Assembly (NCBI GenBank): GCA_016196885.1
Contig: JACPWU010000032.1
Coordinates: forward strand, 1 to 32,000
Source of the DNA: Chlamydiota bacterium
GTDB taxonomy: Bacteria; Auribacterota; JACPWU01
Reading direction: 5' to 3'
Length of the DNA: 32,000 nt
This document shows positions 9,337 to 18,275 of the stretch, one piece after another; the stretch's first letter is position 1, and the number at the start of each line of letters is the position of its first letter. Position numbers and translations under genes: made by a program. The notes beneath the pieces are model-generated. The model saw nothing but the letters and a program-made list of their open reading frames with translations. It did not search any database and was not told where the DNA came from.

Positions 9337-10830
9337 TTACAAAAGAGCGACCGCTTTTTCAGCAACATTTTTCTTACGAAAATCCATCAAATGACCTACC
9401 AACTGCTTACCCCCCCGCCACAGAAATTTAATATCATCAAAGTCTCTCACACCCAAGATTTTTCTCGCGATAAATCGAGGCGTCATGAAGGATTTGTAAA
9501 TCCCTTGAGTGAGCGCCAAGATTTCCTCTTCGGGAACAAGCGTTTTCATCACAGGAGTGCGCATGTCATAATCATCCCAGTCTCGCGTCTTCAGCCAACC
9601 GTTTTCCTCACATTGACGGAAGAGCTCGGTGCCCGGATAAGGAATGACAATGGTCGCTTGCAAGGTATCAATCCAGCCCCTGCTAAATAGTTCATGCGTT
9701 AGATTGATGGTATTCTGAGCCTCTTGTTTCGTTTCCCAAGGATAGCCCACCATGCAAGTGACATGAGGTTCAAGCCCTGCCTTCTTCGCCATTCTGGCTG
9801 TTTCCCACATGTCATTTTCTTTCTGACCTTTGTTGATTTTCTGAAGCGTACTAAAATTGGCTGACTCCAACCCATAAAGAATAAAACGAAAATTGGCCTT
9901 TCCCATGAGATCATATTCCTCCTGATTCAACGCCCCGGGTCTCATGTTACATCCCATGGTAATCTTCTTATGCCATCCTCGACGAATGAACTCCTCACAA
10001 AACTCTTTAAGCCATTTTCCAAACATAAAAGTGCCCGTATCATCAAAAATCTCGCGAACCCCCAAGCGAATACAATTCTCAACCTCTTTCAACATTTGTT
10101 CTACGGTCCCGACACGGAACGTGGGGAAGGTATTTGTCCAAGAGCAAAAGGTACATCCCCCGTCCTTTCGCCACCAGCAATCCCGGCCAATCATGGTGTA
10201 GGTTCCCGGCGTGTACTTGAAATTTCCATTGTTGTAGGCGTAGAGTTCCCACTGGGTCAGCTCCCGATCAATGACAGGAAGTTTTTTTAAATCATCATTG
10301 GCCTGAAATTTACCAGTGTTGATGACCTGACCTTTTTCATCTCTAAAATAAAAACCCGGTTTTAATTTTTCACCTTTGCTAAAATGATTGCTTAAATTCA
10401 GCAACATAAAATCAAAATCACCACCCGTGATACAATAATCCACAGGGGAATGCTCAAACGATTCTTCAGGAAGGGCGGTAATATGATCGCCCATGAAAAC
10501 CAATTTAATCCTTTGAAGGCTTTTCTCACTCTTCAAGCGCTGAGCAAACTTCCAAAAACTTTTGACGGTCGGGGTCTTGGTTTCAATGGCAAGAATATCG
10601 GGCTGTTCTCTTTCTAAAATTTCAAGATATTGTTCCGTCGTCTGCTGTTCAGCAACACCATCCATCCATTTGACATCATAACCGTTGACCTTGAGAAGAC
10701 TGGCGGCATAGGCGGGAACGACAGGGTAGATATAGGTCGGGCTGTTAAAAAATTGGAACTGTCGATTCTGCGAAATAAGGGCCGCACCTTTTTTCGTTTC
10801 AACGGGTGGATAGCCAATACAGACCTTCAT
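9337..10830 (-). CDS. B12-binding-domain radical SAM enzyme (class B-like)
   Basis: N-terminal Rossmann-like region (DILAIETKTPTV), a single Cys cluster GRDCWWRKDGGCTFCSW, and a radical-SAM core (ILYGLESAN, VGYPWET). An ATGA overlap joins it to the upstream GT2, and a 5-nt gap separates it from the downstream GT2. Confidence 0.75.
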   Translation of the reverse strand: MKVCIGYPPVETKKGAALISQNRQFQFFNSPTYIYPVVPAYAASLLKVNGYDVKWMDGVAEQQTTEQYLEILEREQPDILAIETKTPTVKSFWKFAQRLKSEKSLQRIKLVFMGDHITALPEESFEHSPVDYCITGGDFDFMLLNLSNHFSKGEKLKPGFYFRDEKGQVINTGKFQANDDLKKLPVIDRELTQWELYAYNNGNFKYTPGTYTMIGRDCWWRKDGGCTFCSWTNTFPTFRVGTVEQMLKEVENCIRLGVREIFDDTGTFMFGKWLKEFCEEFIRRGWHKKITMGCNMRPGALNQEEYDLMGKANFRFILYGLESANFSTLQKINKGQKENDMWETARMAKKAGLEPHVTCMVGYPWETKQEAQNTINLTHELFSRGWIDTLQATIVIPYPGTELFRQCEENGWLKTRDWDDYDMRTPVMKTLVPEEEILALTQGIYKSFMTPRFIARKILGVRDFDDIKFLWRGGKQLVGHLMDFRKKNVAEKAVALL

Positions 10831-11810
10831 CGCTTAAGCTCCTTTTTCAACAATCCTAGCAAAAAACCAACACCATAGGTCACATGAGACAAGAAAAAAA
10901 CGAAAGGCAAAAGTAAACCCACTGCTACATTCTTAGACCTGATTGCTTCTATCAAAGAGGCTGCCAGGGTAAAGGCAAAATAGACATAGACAGGTGAACT
11001 ATACCAACTCACTGAAAGCCTGACAACACAAAACAAAGAGAAAGCGAGATAGAGAAAAGTGTAAATCGTAAAGAGGGAGGGAATAAAATAAGCAGGTTTC
11101 AAGGAGGTCTCCGGATATTTTTTGGCAAAAAAACCTCGATGCACTGCATATCTAGAAATCTGTAACAGATGTTTCTTAAAGGAATTACGTCGATGATGCC
11201 AGACAAAAATTTTTGGATCGTAAACGATTTTATAACCTTTTTTAATGATTTCTAGACACAGTTTTGTATCCTCCCCAGGCCAATAATGGGTGTCAAAACC
11301 GCCCACTTCTTTAAAAACGTTTTTTCTCACCCATAAATTAACGGATGGATAGTCCTCTACCTCTTTGATTTTTCTCCCAGGCCAATAGCGAAAACGCTCC
11401 ATTCCCGAACCCAATAACGAAGTGTAAAAAGCACCTGAAAGCTTGGCCCAAAAAGGATCTGAAAATGGAGTGACGGCAGGACCACAGACAGACGCAACCT
11501 CTCTTTGCTCAAAATGTTTAAGAGCCTTCGTAATCCAGTCCTGCTTCGGATAGGCATCATCATCCAAAAAGGCAAGAATCTCCCCTTGGGCATGTTCCAA
11601 GGCCATATCCCTTTTATAGGAAGGACTCACCGGGCCGGAGGAAATGACTTTGGTTTTGGGAAAAGAGACCGTTTCCAGATAATCTGTAAAAATAAGAATT
11701 TCAAAATCTTGAAAATCTAGATCTAGAATATGAGGAATGGATTCCCGAATATAGTCGTTGATGGCCTTCACGGGAATAATAATGGAAACTTTCACGACAA
11801 GCCCTTTCAA
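10827..11810 (-). CDS. GT2 glycosyltransferase with C-terminal transmembrane segments
   Basis: VSIIIPVKAINDYIRESIPHILDLDFQDFEILIFTD, LDDDAYP, and a hydrophobic C-terminus (FIPSLFTIYTFLYLAFSLFCVV...). Either a TTG (11810) or GTG (11795) start is possible. Confidence 0.8.
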   Translation of the reverse strand: MKGLVVKVSIIIPVKAINDYIRESIPHILDLDFQDFEILIFTDYLETVSFPKTKVISSGPVSPSYKRDMALEHAQGEILAFLDDDAYPKQDWITKALKHFEQREVASVCGPAVTPFSDPFWAKLSGAFYTSLLGSGMERFRYWPGRKIKEVEDYPSVNLWVRKNVFKEVGGFDTHYWPGEDTKLCLEIIKKGYKIVYDPKIFVWHHRRNSFKKHLLQISRYAVHRGFFAKKYPETSLKPAYFIPSLFTIYTFLYLAFSLFCVVRLSVSWYSSPVYVYFAFTLAASLIEAIRSKNVAVGLLLPFVFFLSHVTYGVGFLLGLLKKELKR

Positions 11811-11813
11811 AAA

Positions 11814-12617
11814 TTATTTAACTGGGTGGCAAGCTTTTTCCAATGCCTTCAAGTTAAGATCCTCAATCCATTCAGGGAAAAAGGCATGGATTTTATCAAT
11901 CACCCTGGCTCGCCGTGTTAAAATCGAATCCCCTTTCCCCTTCTCTATGATTTTTAATATTTCTTTTGCCACTTCCCCTGGCTGCATTATATTTGTAAAG
12001 CGATGTCGTCCACGATAATCAGAAGATCCTGCCTTCTCAAAAAAAGGTGTGTTTGTAGCAACAGGATAAACAAGGGATACTTGAACAGGACTCTTAACTC
12101 TCTTAAGCTCCTGTCGCAAGGCTTCAGAAAAACCCCTCAGAGCAAATTTTGACGCACAATAAGCGGCCACATCTGGGAAAGCCCTTCGTCCCGCCACTGA
12201 AATCACATTCACAATTTGACCCCGATCCTGCGAACGAAGGGAGGGCAAGACTTTTAGGGTTAAAAGCAGGGCTCCAAAAAAGTTCACATTCATCACCTTT
12301 TGATATTCGTCTAAAGACGTCTCCCAGCTAGAACGAAAAAGTCCAATCCCCGCATTGTTCACAAGAACGTCCACTTTTCCAAATTTCTCAATTGTCGCGT
12401 GAACAACTCTTGCGGAGTCCTCTTCTTTTGTTACATCGGCCGGACAAACCAAAATGTTTTCTGCGTGCAAGCCTGCTTCTTTTTTCAATACCTCCAATCC
12501 CTCTTTAGATCGAGCCACTGCACAAACTTTTCCACCCAATGTTAAAAATTGAAGGACACATGATTTACCAATCCCACTTGAGGCTCCAGTGATAATGAAG
12601 ACTTTATCAGAGATCAT
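11814..12617 (-). CDS. SDR family oxidoreductase
   Basis: TGASSGIGKS cofactor motif, NNAG, and the catalytic YCASKFAL (YxxxK). Confidence 0.85.
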   Translation of the reverse strand: MISDKVFIITGASSGIGKSCVLQFLTLGGKVCAVARSKEGLEVLKKEAGLHAENILVCPADVTKEEDSARVVHATIEKFGKVDVLVNNAGIGLFRSSWETSLDEYQKVMNVNFFGALLLTLKVLPSLRSQDRGQIVNVISVAGRRAFPDVAAYCASKFALRGFSEALRQELKRVKSPVQVSLVYPVATNTPFFEKAGSSDYRGRHRFTNIMQPGEVAKEILKIIEKGKGDSILTRRARVIDKIHAFFPEWIEDLNLKALEKACHPVK

Positions 12618-12625
12618 GAGCTACC

Positions 12626-13414
12626 TTATTCCTTTGCTCCTTCTTGATTCCTGCTGAACCGGGATCGCGATTTCAAATAAGTTTTCTTCCAATAAAGTCG
12701 GTAAAAAACAGCCAGGGTATCTTGCCACGTTCTTAAAATATCCCGAACCCTCACTCTTCCCATTCGGTGAGGACGATTAAAATCTAGCACCACGGGGGCA
12801 TCCACGATTTTATAACCCAAGTGATGGGCCACCATCAACAGCTCCACATCAAAGGCAAAACGTTTCACCAGAACCCGATGAAAAATATCATCCAAAACTT
12901 TTTTCTTAAAAAGCTTAAGACCTGTCTGAGTATCACTGATCTTGGAAGCGAAAAGAATACGCACGATAAGATTATAAAAATAACTGATAATTCTACGACG
13001 TTTAGGATACCTTTGAAGAACAGAGGCCGCATGACGTTTGGATCCAACAACAATATCGGCATCATTTTCCCTCATAATATCTAAAAGCAAACGGATTTGA
13101 CGCGGATGAAGATCCAAGTCTGAATCTAAGAAAACGACATGATCTCCTGTCGCAAACCTGAACCCATATCTTAACGCCCTTCCCTTTCCATGATTCTTTC
13201 TAGCTTTTTTCGCGAGCACCACCCCGTCTTTGGAAACTTTGAGTGCAGCCTCATACGTTCCGTCCTGGCTACCATCATCAATCACAATAATTTCATAATT
13301 TTTGACACCAATTTCTTCAAGAGACTTTTGTGTCTCCAGCACATTTTTCCCGATGTGGCCGGCCTCGTTATAGGCCGGCATTAAAATAGAAATCTTTTCT
13401 TGAAAGTCTTGCAT
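12626..13414 (-). CDS. GT2, polyprenyl-phosphate sugar synthase-like (DPM1/GtrB/ArnC-like)
   Basis: ISILMPAYNEAGHIGKNV...YEIIVIDDGSQDGT...GKGRALRYGF...VFLDSDLDLHP. The track start is TTG 13435. ATG 13414 (MQDFQEKISILMPAYNE) is likelier. Confidence 0.75.
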   Translation of the reverse strand: MQDFQEKISILMPAYNEAGHIGKNVLETQKSLEEIGVKNYEIIVIDDGSQDGTYEAALKVSKDGVVLAKKARKNHGKGRALRYGFRFATGDHVVFLDSDLDLHPRQIRLLLDIMRENDADIVVGSKRHAASVLQRYPKRRRIISYFYNLIVRILFASKISDTQTGLKLFKKKVLDDIFHRVLVKRFAFDVELLMVAHHLGYKIVDAPVVLDFNRPHRMGRVRVRDILRTWQDTLAVFYRLYWKKTYLKSRSRFSRNQEGAKE

Positions 13415-13435
13415 AAGATATTTTTTGATTCTCAA

Positions 13436-13771
13436 TCAACCTAAAATCTCGACCAAGTTATCACCCGATTCCAAGCAAGCAATCGCCCGCAACAAAGCTT
13501 TTTCAAAGATCACACGCAAACGATCATTTGAGGTATTCCCACATGTCAACCAAATCACTTTGGGAGGAGGTCCATGATGAGTCAGGAGGTGGACAAAGTC
13601 TATATCTTTTGTAATAACAGTTGCAACCGCTTCACGCGCCGCAAAGAAAATATCTCGATCAGACGCATCTCTAAGACCCAAATCTCTAATGGGGGTCACC
13701 CAAAGAGAAAATGTCTCGCTCATCCACTGGGAGATACTGGGAGAAAGCTGAGCATCTAGCCACAACTTCAT
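13436..13771 (-). CDS. DUF5615 (PIN-like / Mut7-C-like) putative toxin
   Basis: MKLWLDAQLSPSISQWM...DASDRDIFFAAREAVATVITKDIDF matches the DUF5615 pattern. ATG 13771 forms an ATGA overlap with the upstream DUF433 stop. The track start 13819 is an upstream extension. Confidence 0.75.
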   Translation of the reverse strand: MKLWLDAQLSPSISQWMSETFSLWVTPIRDLGLRDASDRDIFFAAREAVATVITKDIDFVHLLTHHGPPPKVIWLTCGNTSNDRLRVIFEKALLRAIACLESGDNLVEILG

Positions 13772-13989
13772 GCAACGATCACAGGGTGGTCCATCCATGA
13801 AGAGGCGTATTGCAAGCACGCCTTTAGATCTTCCTCTTCAAGATCAGGCATCTCTTGTATAATTTGACTCGCAGTTAATCCTGCCGCATATAAATCAAGA
13901 ACATCCATAACTCTGATGCGCATACCCCGTACACAAGGACGTCCGCCACATTGCTCTGGATTAACAGTAATTCTCCTCGAAAGCAGCAT
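13768..13989 (-). CDS. DUF433 putative antitoxin
   Basis: ITVNPEQCGGRPCVRGMRIRVMDVLDLYAAGLTASQIIQEMPDLEEEDLKACLQYA is the typical DUF433 signature. A GGAGGG SD lies upstream. Confidence 0.8.
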   Translation of the reverse strand: MLLSRRITVNPEQCGGRPCVRGMRIRVMDVLDLYAAGLTASQIIQEMPDLEEEDLKACLQYASSWMDHPVIVA

Positions 13990-14053
13990 AAAAACTACCC
14001 TCCGCGTGTCTTAAAGATACTGTTCGTCCACTCAAAAATCAAGGAAATTAAGT

Positions 14054-14449
14054 CTATTTGTGATCCCTCGTCTCACATGTCTTATCGTAAACTTGTTTTG
14101 CAATCTTGAGTGCTTCCTTTGCATGTTTTTCCCCGGGAAGCCCCGTTGGAAGCGTACCGACCACAGCATCAGGATACCGAGTGGGCCTGTAATACTGATC
14201 CAAATCAACCGCTTCGTATGAATGCGCCAAACGTGCAACTTCCACCAAACGATCGACAAACTTTTTTTTCGTTTTCTTAACAATCGCCAAATCTAAATCG
14301 CTCCATTCCCCCACTTGCCCAGAGACCAACGAACCGAGAAGAATCACCTTCTCCGGACGATATTTTTCAATGATAATCGGGAGAATTCTCTTCAGCTCTC
14401 GACGCAGCGCCTTTTTTCTCTTGTTGGCACAAACTTTGGCAAAACCCAT
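14054..14449 (-). CDS. Chimeric minimal nucleotidyltransferase (MNT) N-half fused to a HEPN C-terminal tail. Likely a degraded MNT-HEPN module.
   Basis: NTase motif VILLGSLVSGQVGEWSDLDLAIV is followed directly by the HEPN-type C-terminus YYRPTRYPDA...GEKHAKEALKIAKQVYD. At 131 aa it is too short to hold both complete domains. Confidence 0.6.
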   Translation of the reverse strand: MGFAKVCANKRKKALRRELKRILPIIIEKYRPEKVILLGSLVSGQVGEWSDLDLAIVKKTKKKFVDRLVEVARLAHSYEAVDLDQYYRPTRYPDAVVGTLPTGLPGEKHAKEALKIAKQVYDKTCETRDHK

Positions 14450-14463
14450 CTTTGAAGCCCCCC

Positions 14464-15729
14464 TTATTTACGAACCTGCTTCGAAAAACCCATCACCAGC
14501 AAAACACCCACCAAAAACCATTCAATCACATTTAAGATAATCAAAATGTCTCGAAATGATTTGTGAAAAATGGAGACGAAAACCCACTCTAAAAGACAGG
14601 CCCCAAGAATCATATAGATAAACCCATATTTCCTCAAGCCCAGATTAAATTGGACGAGAACATTGGAAAGAGCTAGCGGAAGCATCGAGAAGGCATAAAT
14701 GGGAAGAAGGCGTGAAGCCTGAGGGTACTGTTCACCAAAAAGAAAGCGAATGAGAAAGTCCGGGAAGGCAACGAAAAGAAGAAGCCCCCCCAAGGAAAGA
14801 ACCCCCGTCCAAAGAAGACATCTTTTGAGAAGGGCATGCGCATCTTTTTCAAGGGCATGTGCCTCATTCACCATGGGATACATGGCCATGGCAAGCGATC
14901 CCGGAAAATAGAAAATAGATCGTCCCAGAATGACCGCCGCTGCATATTGACCTGCCAGCTCCGGCAGGAAGAAATGTTTCACCAAAATCAAGTCCAGATT
15001 GACCAAGCCAGCACATCCCAAAAGAGTCAAGGTGACGGGGATTGAAAAAAGAAGAATTTCTCGGGTATGCCTCTCCACGGGACCTGAAGAAGCATGGGTT
15101 TTTAAAATTCTTTGGAGAGGTCCACAAAAAAATAAAATAGGTGGAAAGGCCGCTAGAAAATTGGCCAGAAGCCCGCCATTCACACCCAAACCCAACCCTA
15201 CCAGAAGAATTCCAAAAAGAAGACGCGAAATTCCACCTGCGACAAGCGTCCATCCCAAACGGACAAAGAGCTGCAAACCTTGAAGCAACGCTGTCCCCAC
15301 AGGAAGCACAAAACTCATAAAAACCATGACGGCGAGAATCAACAAAGGCAGAGCACTTTCCAAGACCAGAAAACGACCCATCCAAAGACGTGTGATAAAG
15401 ACAAGAATACCTAAGAACATTCCGAGAAGGGTGAGATTGCGCAATGAATTTAAAAGAAAGAGTCGAAGTTTCCCCCCTTCTTGGCGGGCCTGAAACTGAG
15501 AAATATATTTCACCATCACCATCCCAATCACCGCCACCGCCACCGTTTCCATTGCAAAAAGTGAGAGAAGACTGTTGAGGGCTCCAAAATCATGGGGGGC
15601 CATCAACCGAGACATCGTAAATTGATAAAAATAACTCGCCAGATTTGCGACAGAACTGGCCACAAAAAGGATGACACCGGATTGAAAAAATTTTTCTTTG
15701 AAAAATTTACTGCGAAACACTTGAATCAT
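14464..15729 (-). CDS. Wzx/MOP-family polysaccharide (oligosaccharide) flippase
   Basis: Multi-TM protein with the N-terminal motif FFQSGVILFVASSVANLASYFYQFTMSRLMAPHDFGALNS. The track start 15807 adds 26 non-hydrophobic residues, so ATG 15729 (MIQVFRSKFF) is likelier. Confidence 0.75.
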   Translation of the reverse strand: MIQVFRSKFFKEKFFQSGVILFVASSVANLASYFYQFTMSRLMAPHDFGALNSLLSLFAMETVAVAVIGMVMVKYISQFQARQEGGKLRLFLLNSLRNLTLLGMFLGILVFITRLWMGRFLVLESALPLLILAVMVFMSFVLPVGTALLQGLQLFVRLGWTLVAGGISRLLFGILLVGLGLGVNGGLLANFLAAFPPILFFCGPLQRILKTHASSGPVERHTREILLFSIPVTLTLLGCAGLVNLDLILVKHFFLPELAGQYAAAVILGRSIFYFPGSLAMAMYPMVNEAHALEKDAHALLKRCLLWTGVLSLGGLLLFVAFPDFLIRFLFGEQYPQASRLLPIYAFSMLPLALSNVLVQFNLGLRKYGFIYMILGACLLEWVFVSIFHKSFRDILIILNVIEWFLVGVLLVMGFSKQVRK

Positions 15730-15814
15730 CACTATCCCCTCTTCTGGCTTCCTTCTCGACGACGGGTCCGATGGATATAACACCCTGCGCTCGAAGCCGA
15801 GAACCAAACCATTT

Positions 15815-16999
15815 TTATCGTGCTATTCTTTTTTCAAAAGCAGTCGAAAACCGCTCCAAAACATCTTTCCATTTAAAATGATTGATCACATATTGCCGAC
15901 CGCTTCTTCCCATTTTTTCCCTCAAGCCACTGTCTTTGAGAAAAAATTGAAGGGCCTCTTCAAACTCAAAATAATTCTTAAAGACAAGTCCCCCGTTAGA
16001 ATGTTTCGCATGGTATGAGGTCACATCACATTTTTCATTCACCAAAACAGGGGTCCCAGCGAGCCAGGATTCCATTAAGACAATCGAAAAACTTTCGTTG
16101 AGAGAGGGCTGACACGTCACCAAGGCCTCTCGATAAGCTTGAATCTTTTCTTCTTCACTTACAAAGCCTAAATCTAAAATGTCTTTTGAGAGACGCGCCT
16201 TTTCAGGCAAATCCCCGCTCCCCAAAAGCACCAGTTTTAAATCACCCGAAGAATGCCTCCGATAGGTTAAAAAATAATCGATCAAAAGAGGTGTGTTTTT
16301 ACCGTTTTCACGTCTGCCGACATAGAGAAGGAAAGGACCCTCCCCTAGTTTAAACTTTTCTCGAAAGGAATGGTCTTTAAAAGAAGGAAACGGGTCGAAC
16401 CCCATTCCAACGATGGCACACTTTTTTTCTTGAATTCCAAAAATTTTCTTCGCTAATTCTTCTTCTGGAAATGAATTGAAGAAAAACCCGCTCACACCTT
16501 GAAACATTTTCTTAAAAAGATTCACATAGGCATAGGGTTCCGGATGAAGACAGGGAATCAAAAAAGATTTTTCTAAAACTTTTTGAATGCCCTGATAGAT
16601 CATCCCAAAAAGATAGGGGGCAAAGATAAATGCGTCTCTTTCATTTTTACATTTTTCAAGATAATCATATAAAGATTTAGAATGGACACTGCCCGCCATC
16701 CAGATCACTTCTTCTTTTGAATTTAATGGCCACCCACGTTCCAATCGCTGCTGAAGTTGAATAAACCTACCTAAATTGACTCTCGGATCGACTTCAAAGC
16801 GAAAGACTCGAACGTTTTTAACGGTGCTTTTGCCCGCGGGAAAATCATTTGTCCATCTGACATGATCTTCAGAACAAGTGGTCAGAACCTCAACATCATG
16901 GCCTACACTGGCCAATCGCTCAGCCAAATTTTGAACCAGAATTTCTGCACCCCCTGCACGAGCAATATCATAGCGAGGAACCACAAAGGTTAGCTTCAT
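15815..16999 (-). CDS. GT4-like glycosyltransferase, tandem paralog 1
   Basis: MKLTFVVPRYDIARAGGAE N-terminus and C-terminal NESFSIVLMESWLAGTPVLV. The ATG forms an ATGA overlap with the upstream paralog's stop. Confidence 0.8.
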   Translation of the reverse strand: MKLTFVVPRYDIARAGGAEILVQNLAERLASVGHDVEVLTTCSEDHVRWTNDFPAGKSTVKNVRVFRFEVDPRVNLGRFIQLQQRLERGWPLNSKEEVIWMAGSVHSKSLYDYLEKCKNERDAFIFAPYLFGMIYQGIQKVLEKSFLIPCLHPEPYAYVNLFKKMFQGVSGFFFNSFPEEELAKKIFGIQEKKCAIVGMGFDPFPSFKDHSFREKFKLGEGPFLLYVGRRENGKNTPLLIDYFLTYRRHSSGDLKLVLLGSGDLPEKARLSKDILDLGFVSEEEKIQAYREALVTCQPSLNESFSIVLMESWLAGTPVLVNEKCDVTSYHAKHSNGGLVFKNYFEFEEALQFFLKDSGLREKMGRSGRQYVINHFKWKDVLERFSTAFEKRIAR

Positions 17000-18273
17000 T
17001 TCGTCGTTCGTCTTTCGTCGTTTGTTGTTCGTTGTTCGTTGTTCGTTGTTCGTTGAAGAAGATATCGTTCAAACGCTTTTTCAAAACGTTCTATGACTTT
17101 CTCCCACGCATAATTCTCTCGAACATAACGATCCCCTCTCTCTCCCATTTCTAAACGTAAAGATTCGTTATTCATCAATAAGTTAAGTGCCTCTTCAAAT
17201 TCAAAATAATTTGAGAAATAAAGACCCCCCCCACTTTGAACACAGTGGTATTTCGTCACTGCACATCCGCCGTGCACCAGAACGGGTGTTTTGAGAGACC
17301 AGGCTTCCATGATCACGATCGATAAACTTTCATTTAAAGAAGGCTGACACAGGGCAAGAGCCCCTTTCACCGCAGCCCATTTATCTTCTAAAGGAATAAA
17401 CCCAAGAGGAACAATCACATCGCGAAAAGGCTCCGAGATTTCTATTTCTCCTGAGCCTAAAAGAATTAATTTAAGAGAGGTCCCTGTATTGATAAAATAT
17501 TTCTTAAAATATTCGATTAAGAGCGGAACGTTTTTCCCCTTTTCCCATCGACCCACAAAAATCAGGTAAGGGCCTTGAATGCCATATTTTTTACGAAAGG
17601 CATCTGAAGAAACCTCAGGCAAGGGATCAAACCCCAGAGCAACAAGATGAGAGGAGTCACCCTTGAGTCCATAGAGCGCATGGGCCAGTTCAGACTCGGG
17701 CTGAGTATTGAAAAAGAGAGAGAGCGCTCTTTGAAACAAATCTTTCGTGATGTTCAAGTGAGCATAGGGCTCATCATGAAGACATGGGATTAAAATAAAT
17801 CGATCAGGAACTCTACGGCTGCCCTCATAACTAATTCCAAAAAGATAGGGCATAAAAACAAAGGCATCAAAATCTTTCGAACGATTTTGAATCGCTTGAT
17901 AAAGGCCAGAGCTATGAACGCTATTCTTAAGCCAAGCGGCCTCTTCTTCAGAGGTCAGCGTCAGTCCCAAATGCATTTTTCTTTGAAGATGCAGAAAAAA
18001 CAAAATATCTTCTTTGGGTTCTGTGGGGAAGCGATGAACGAGCACTCCACCCACCACTTCCTCTCCCGCCTGAAACACATTGCCCCAACGGTGATGATCC
18101 TGTGCACACGTGGTGAAGACCTCGACTGTGTGCCCCCGCACCGCCAAGCGACTGGCCACTTGAGCTGCATGAATTTCAGCACCTCCCGCTTGACCTGTTT
18201 CATATCGAGGGACAACAAATGCGATTCGAAATTTCGTCGTGAGTGGTGAGTGGTGAGTGGTGAGTAAAGACAT
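16996..18273 (-). CDS. GT4-like glycosyltransferase, tandem paralog 2. Its N- and C-terminal extensions are encoded by heptanucleotide repeat arrays.
   Basis: FRIAFVVPRYETGQAGGAE and NESLSIVIMEAWSLKTPVLV align with the downstream paralog. The extra N-terminus MSLLTTHHSPLTTK and the extra C-terminus QRTTNNEQRTTNDERRTTK are repeat-encoded. Confidence 0.8.
   Translation of the reverse strand: MSLLTTHHSPLTTKFRIAFVVPRYETGQAGGAEIHAAQVASRLAVRGHTVEVFTTCAQDHHRWGNVFQAGEEVVGGVLVHRFPTEPKEDILFFLHLQRKMHLGLTLTSEEEAAWLKNSVHSSGLYQAIQNRSKDFDAFVFMPYLFGISYEGSRRVPDRFILIPCLHDEPYAHLNITKDLFQRALSLFFNTQPESELAHALYGLKGDSSHLVALGFDPLPEVSSDAFRKKYGIQGPYLIFVGRWEKGKNVPLLIEYFKKYFINTGTSLKLILLGSGEIEISEPFRDVIVPLGFIPLEDKWAAVKGALALCQPSLNESLSIVIMEAWSLKTPVLVHGGCAVTKYHCVQSGGGLYFSNYFEFEEALNLLMNNESLRLEMGERGDRYVRENYAWEKVIERFEKAFERYLLQRTTNNEQRTTNDERRTTK
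17001..17055. repeat. Two adjacent tandem heptanucleotide arrays on the plus strand: (TCGTCKT)x3 then (GTTGTTC)x4
   Basis: Read directly as tcgtcgt|tcgtctt|tcgtcgt|tt|gttgttc|gttgttc|gttgttc|gttgttc|gttg. They lie in the 3' end of the GT4 paralog at 16996..18273, immediately upstream of the next paralog's ATG. Confidence 0.9.
18234..18265. repeat. Tandem heptanucleotide array TCGTCGT + (GTGAGTG)x~4 on the plus strand
   Basis: Read as gtgagtg|gtgagtg|gtgagtg|gtgagt at 18239..18265, directly after the ATG (18273) of the GT4 gene on the coding strand. The 15-mer tcgtgagtggtgagt recurs at 26016..26030. Confidence 0.9.
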
Positions 18274-18275
18274 TT

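Noticed and set aside
9391-10290. Several 70-106 aa antisense or off-frame ORFs within the radical SAM gene (one ends …GINPAPAK, reminiscent of repeat-derived peptides)
   Set aside because: They lie fully inside a motif-supported 497-aa ORF. The peptide resemblance is coincidental and no palindromic repeat is present there.
14673-15385. Alternative-frame ORFs (64, 69, 94 and 173 aa) within the flippase gene
   Set aside because: They overlap a well-supported multi-TM flippase ORF and their sequences are low-complexity and Arg/Ser/Gly-rich, typical of off-frame reading of a more GC-rich membrane gene.
17001-18265. Heptamer arrays as a CRISPR-like array
   Set aside because: The units are 7 nt, contiguous and have no spacers. 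This is nothing like 24-48-nt repeats separated by unique spacers, and no cas genes are present.
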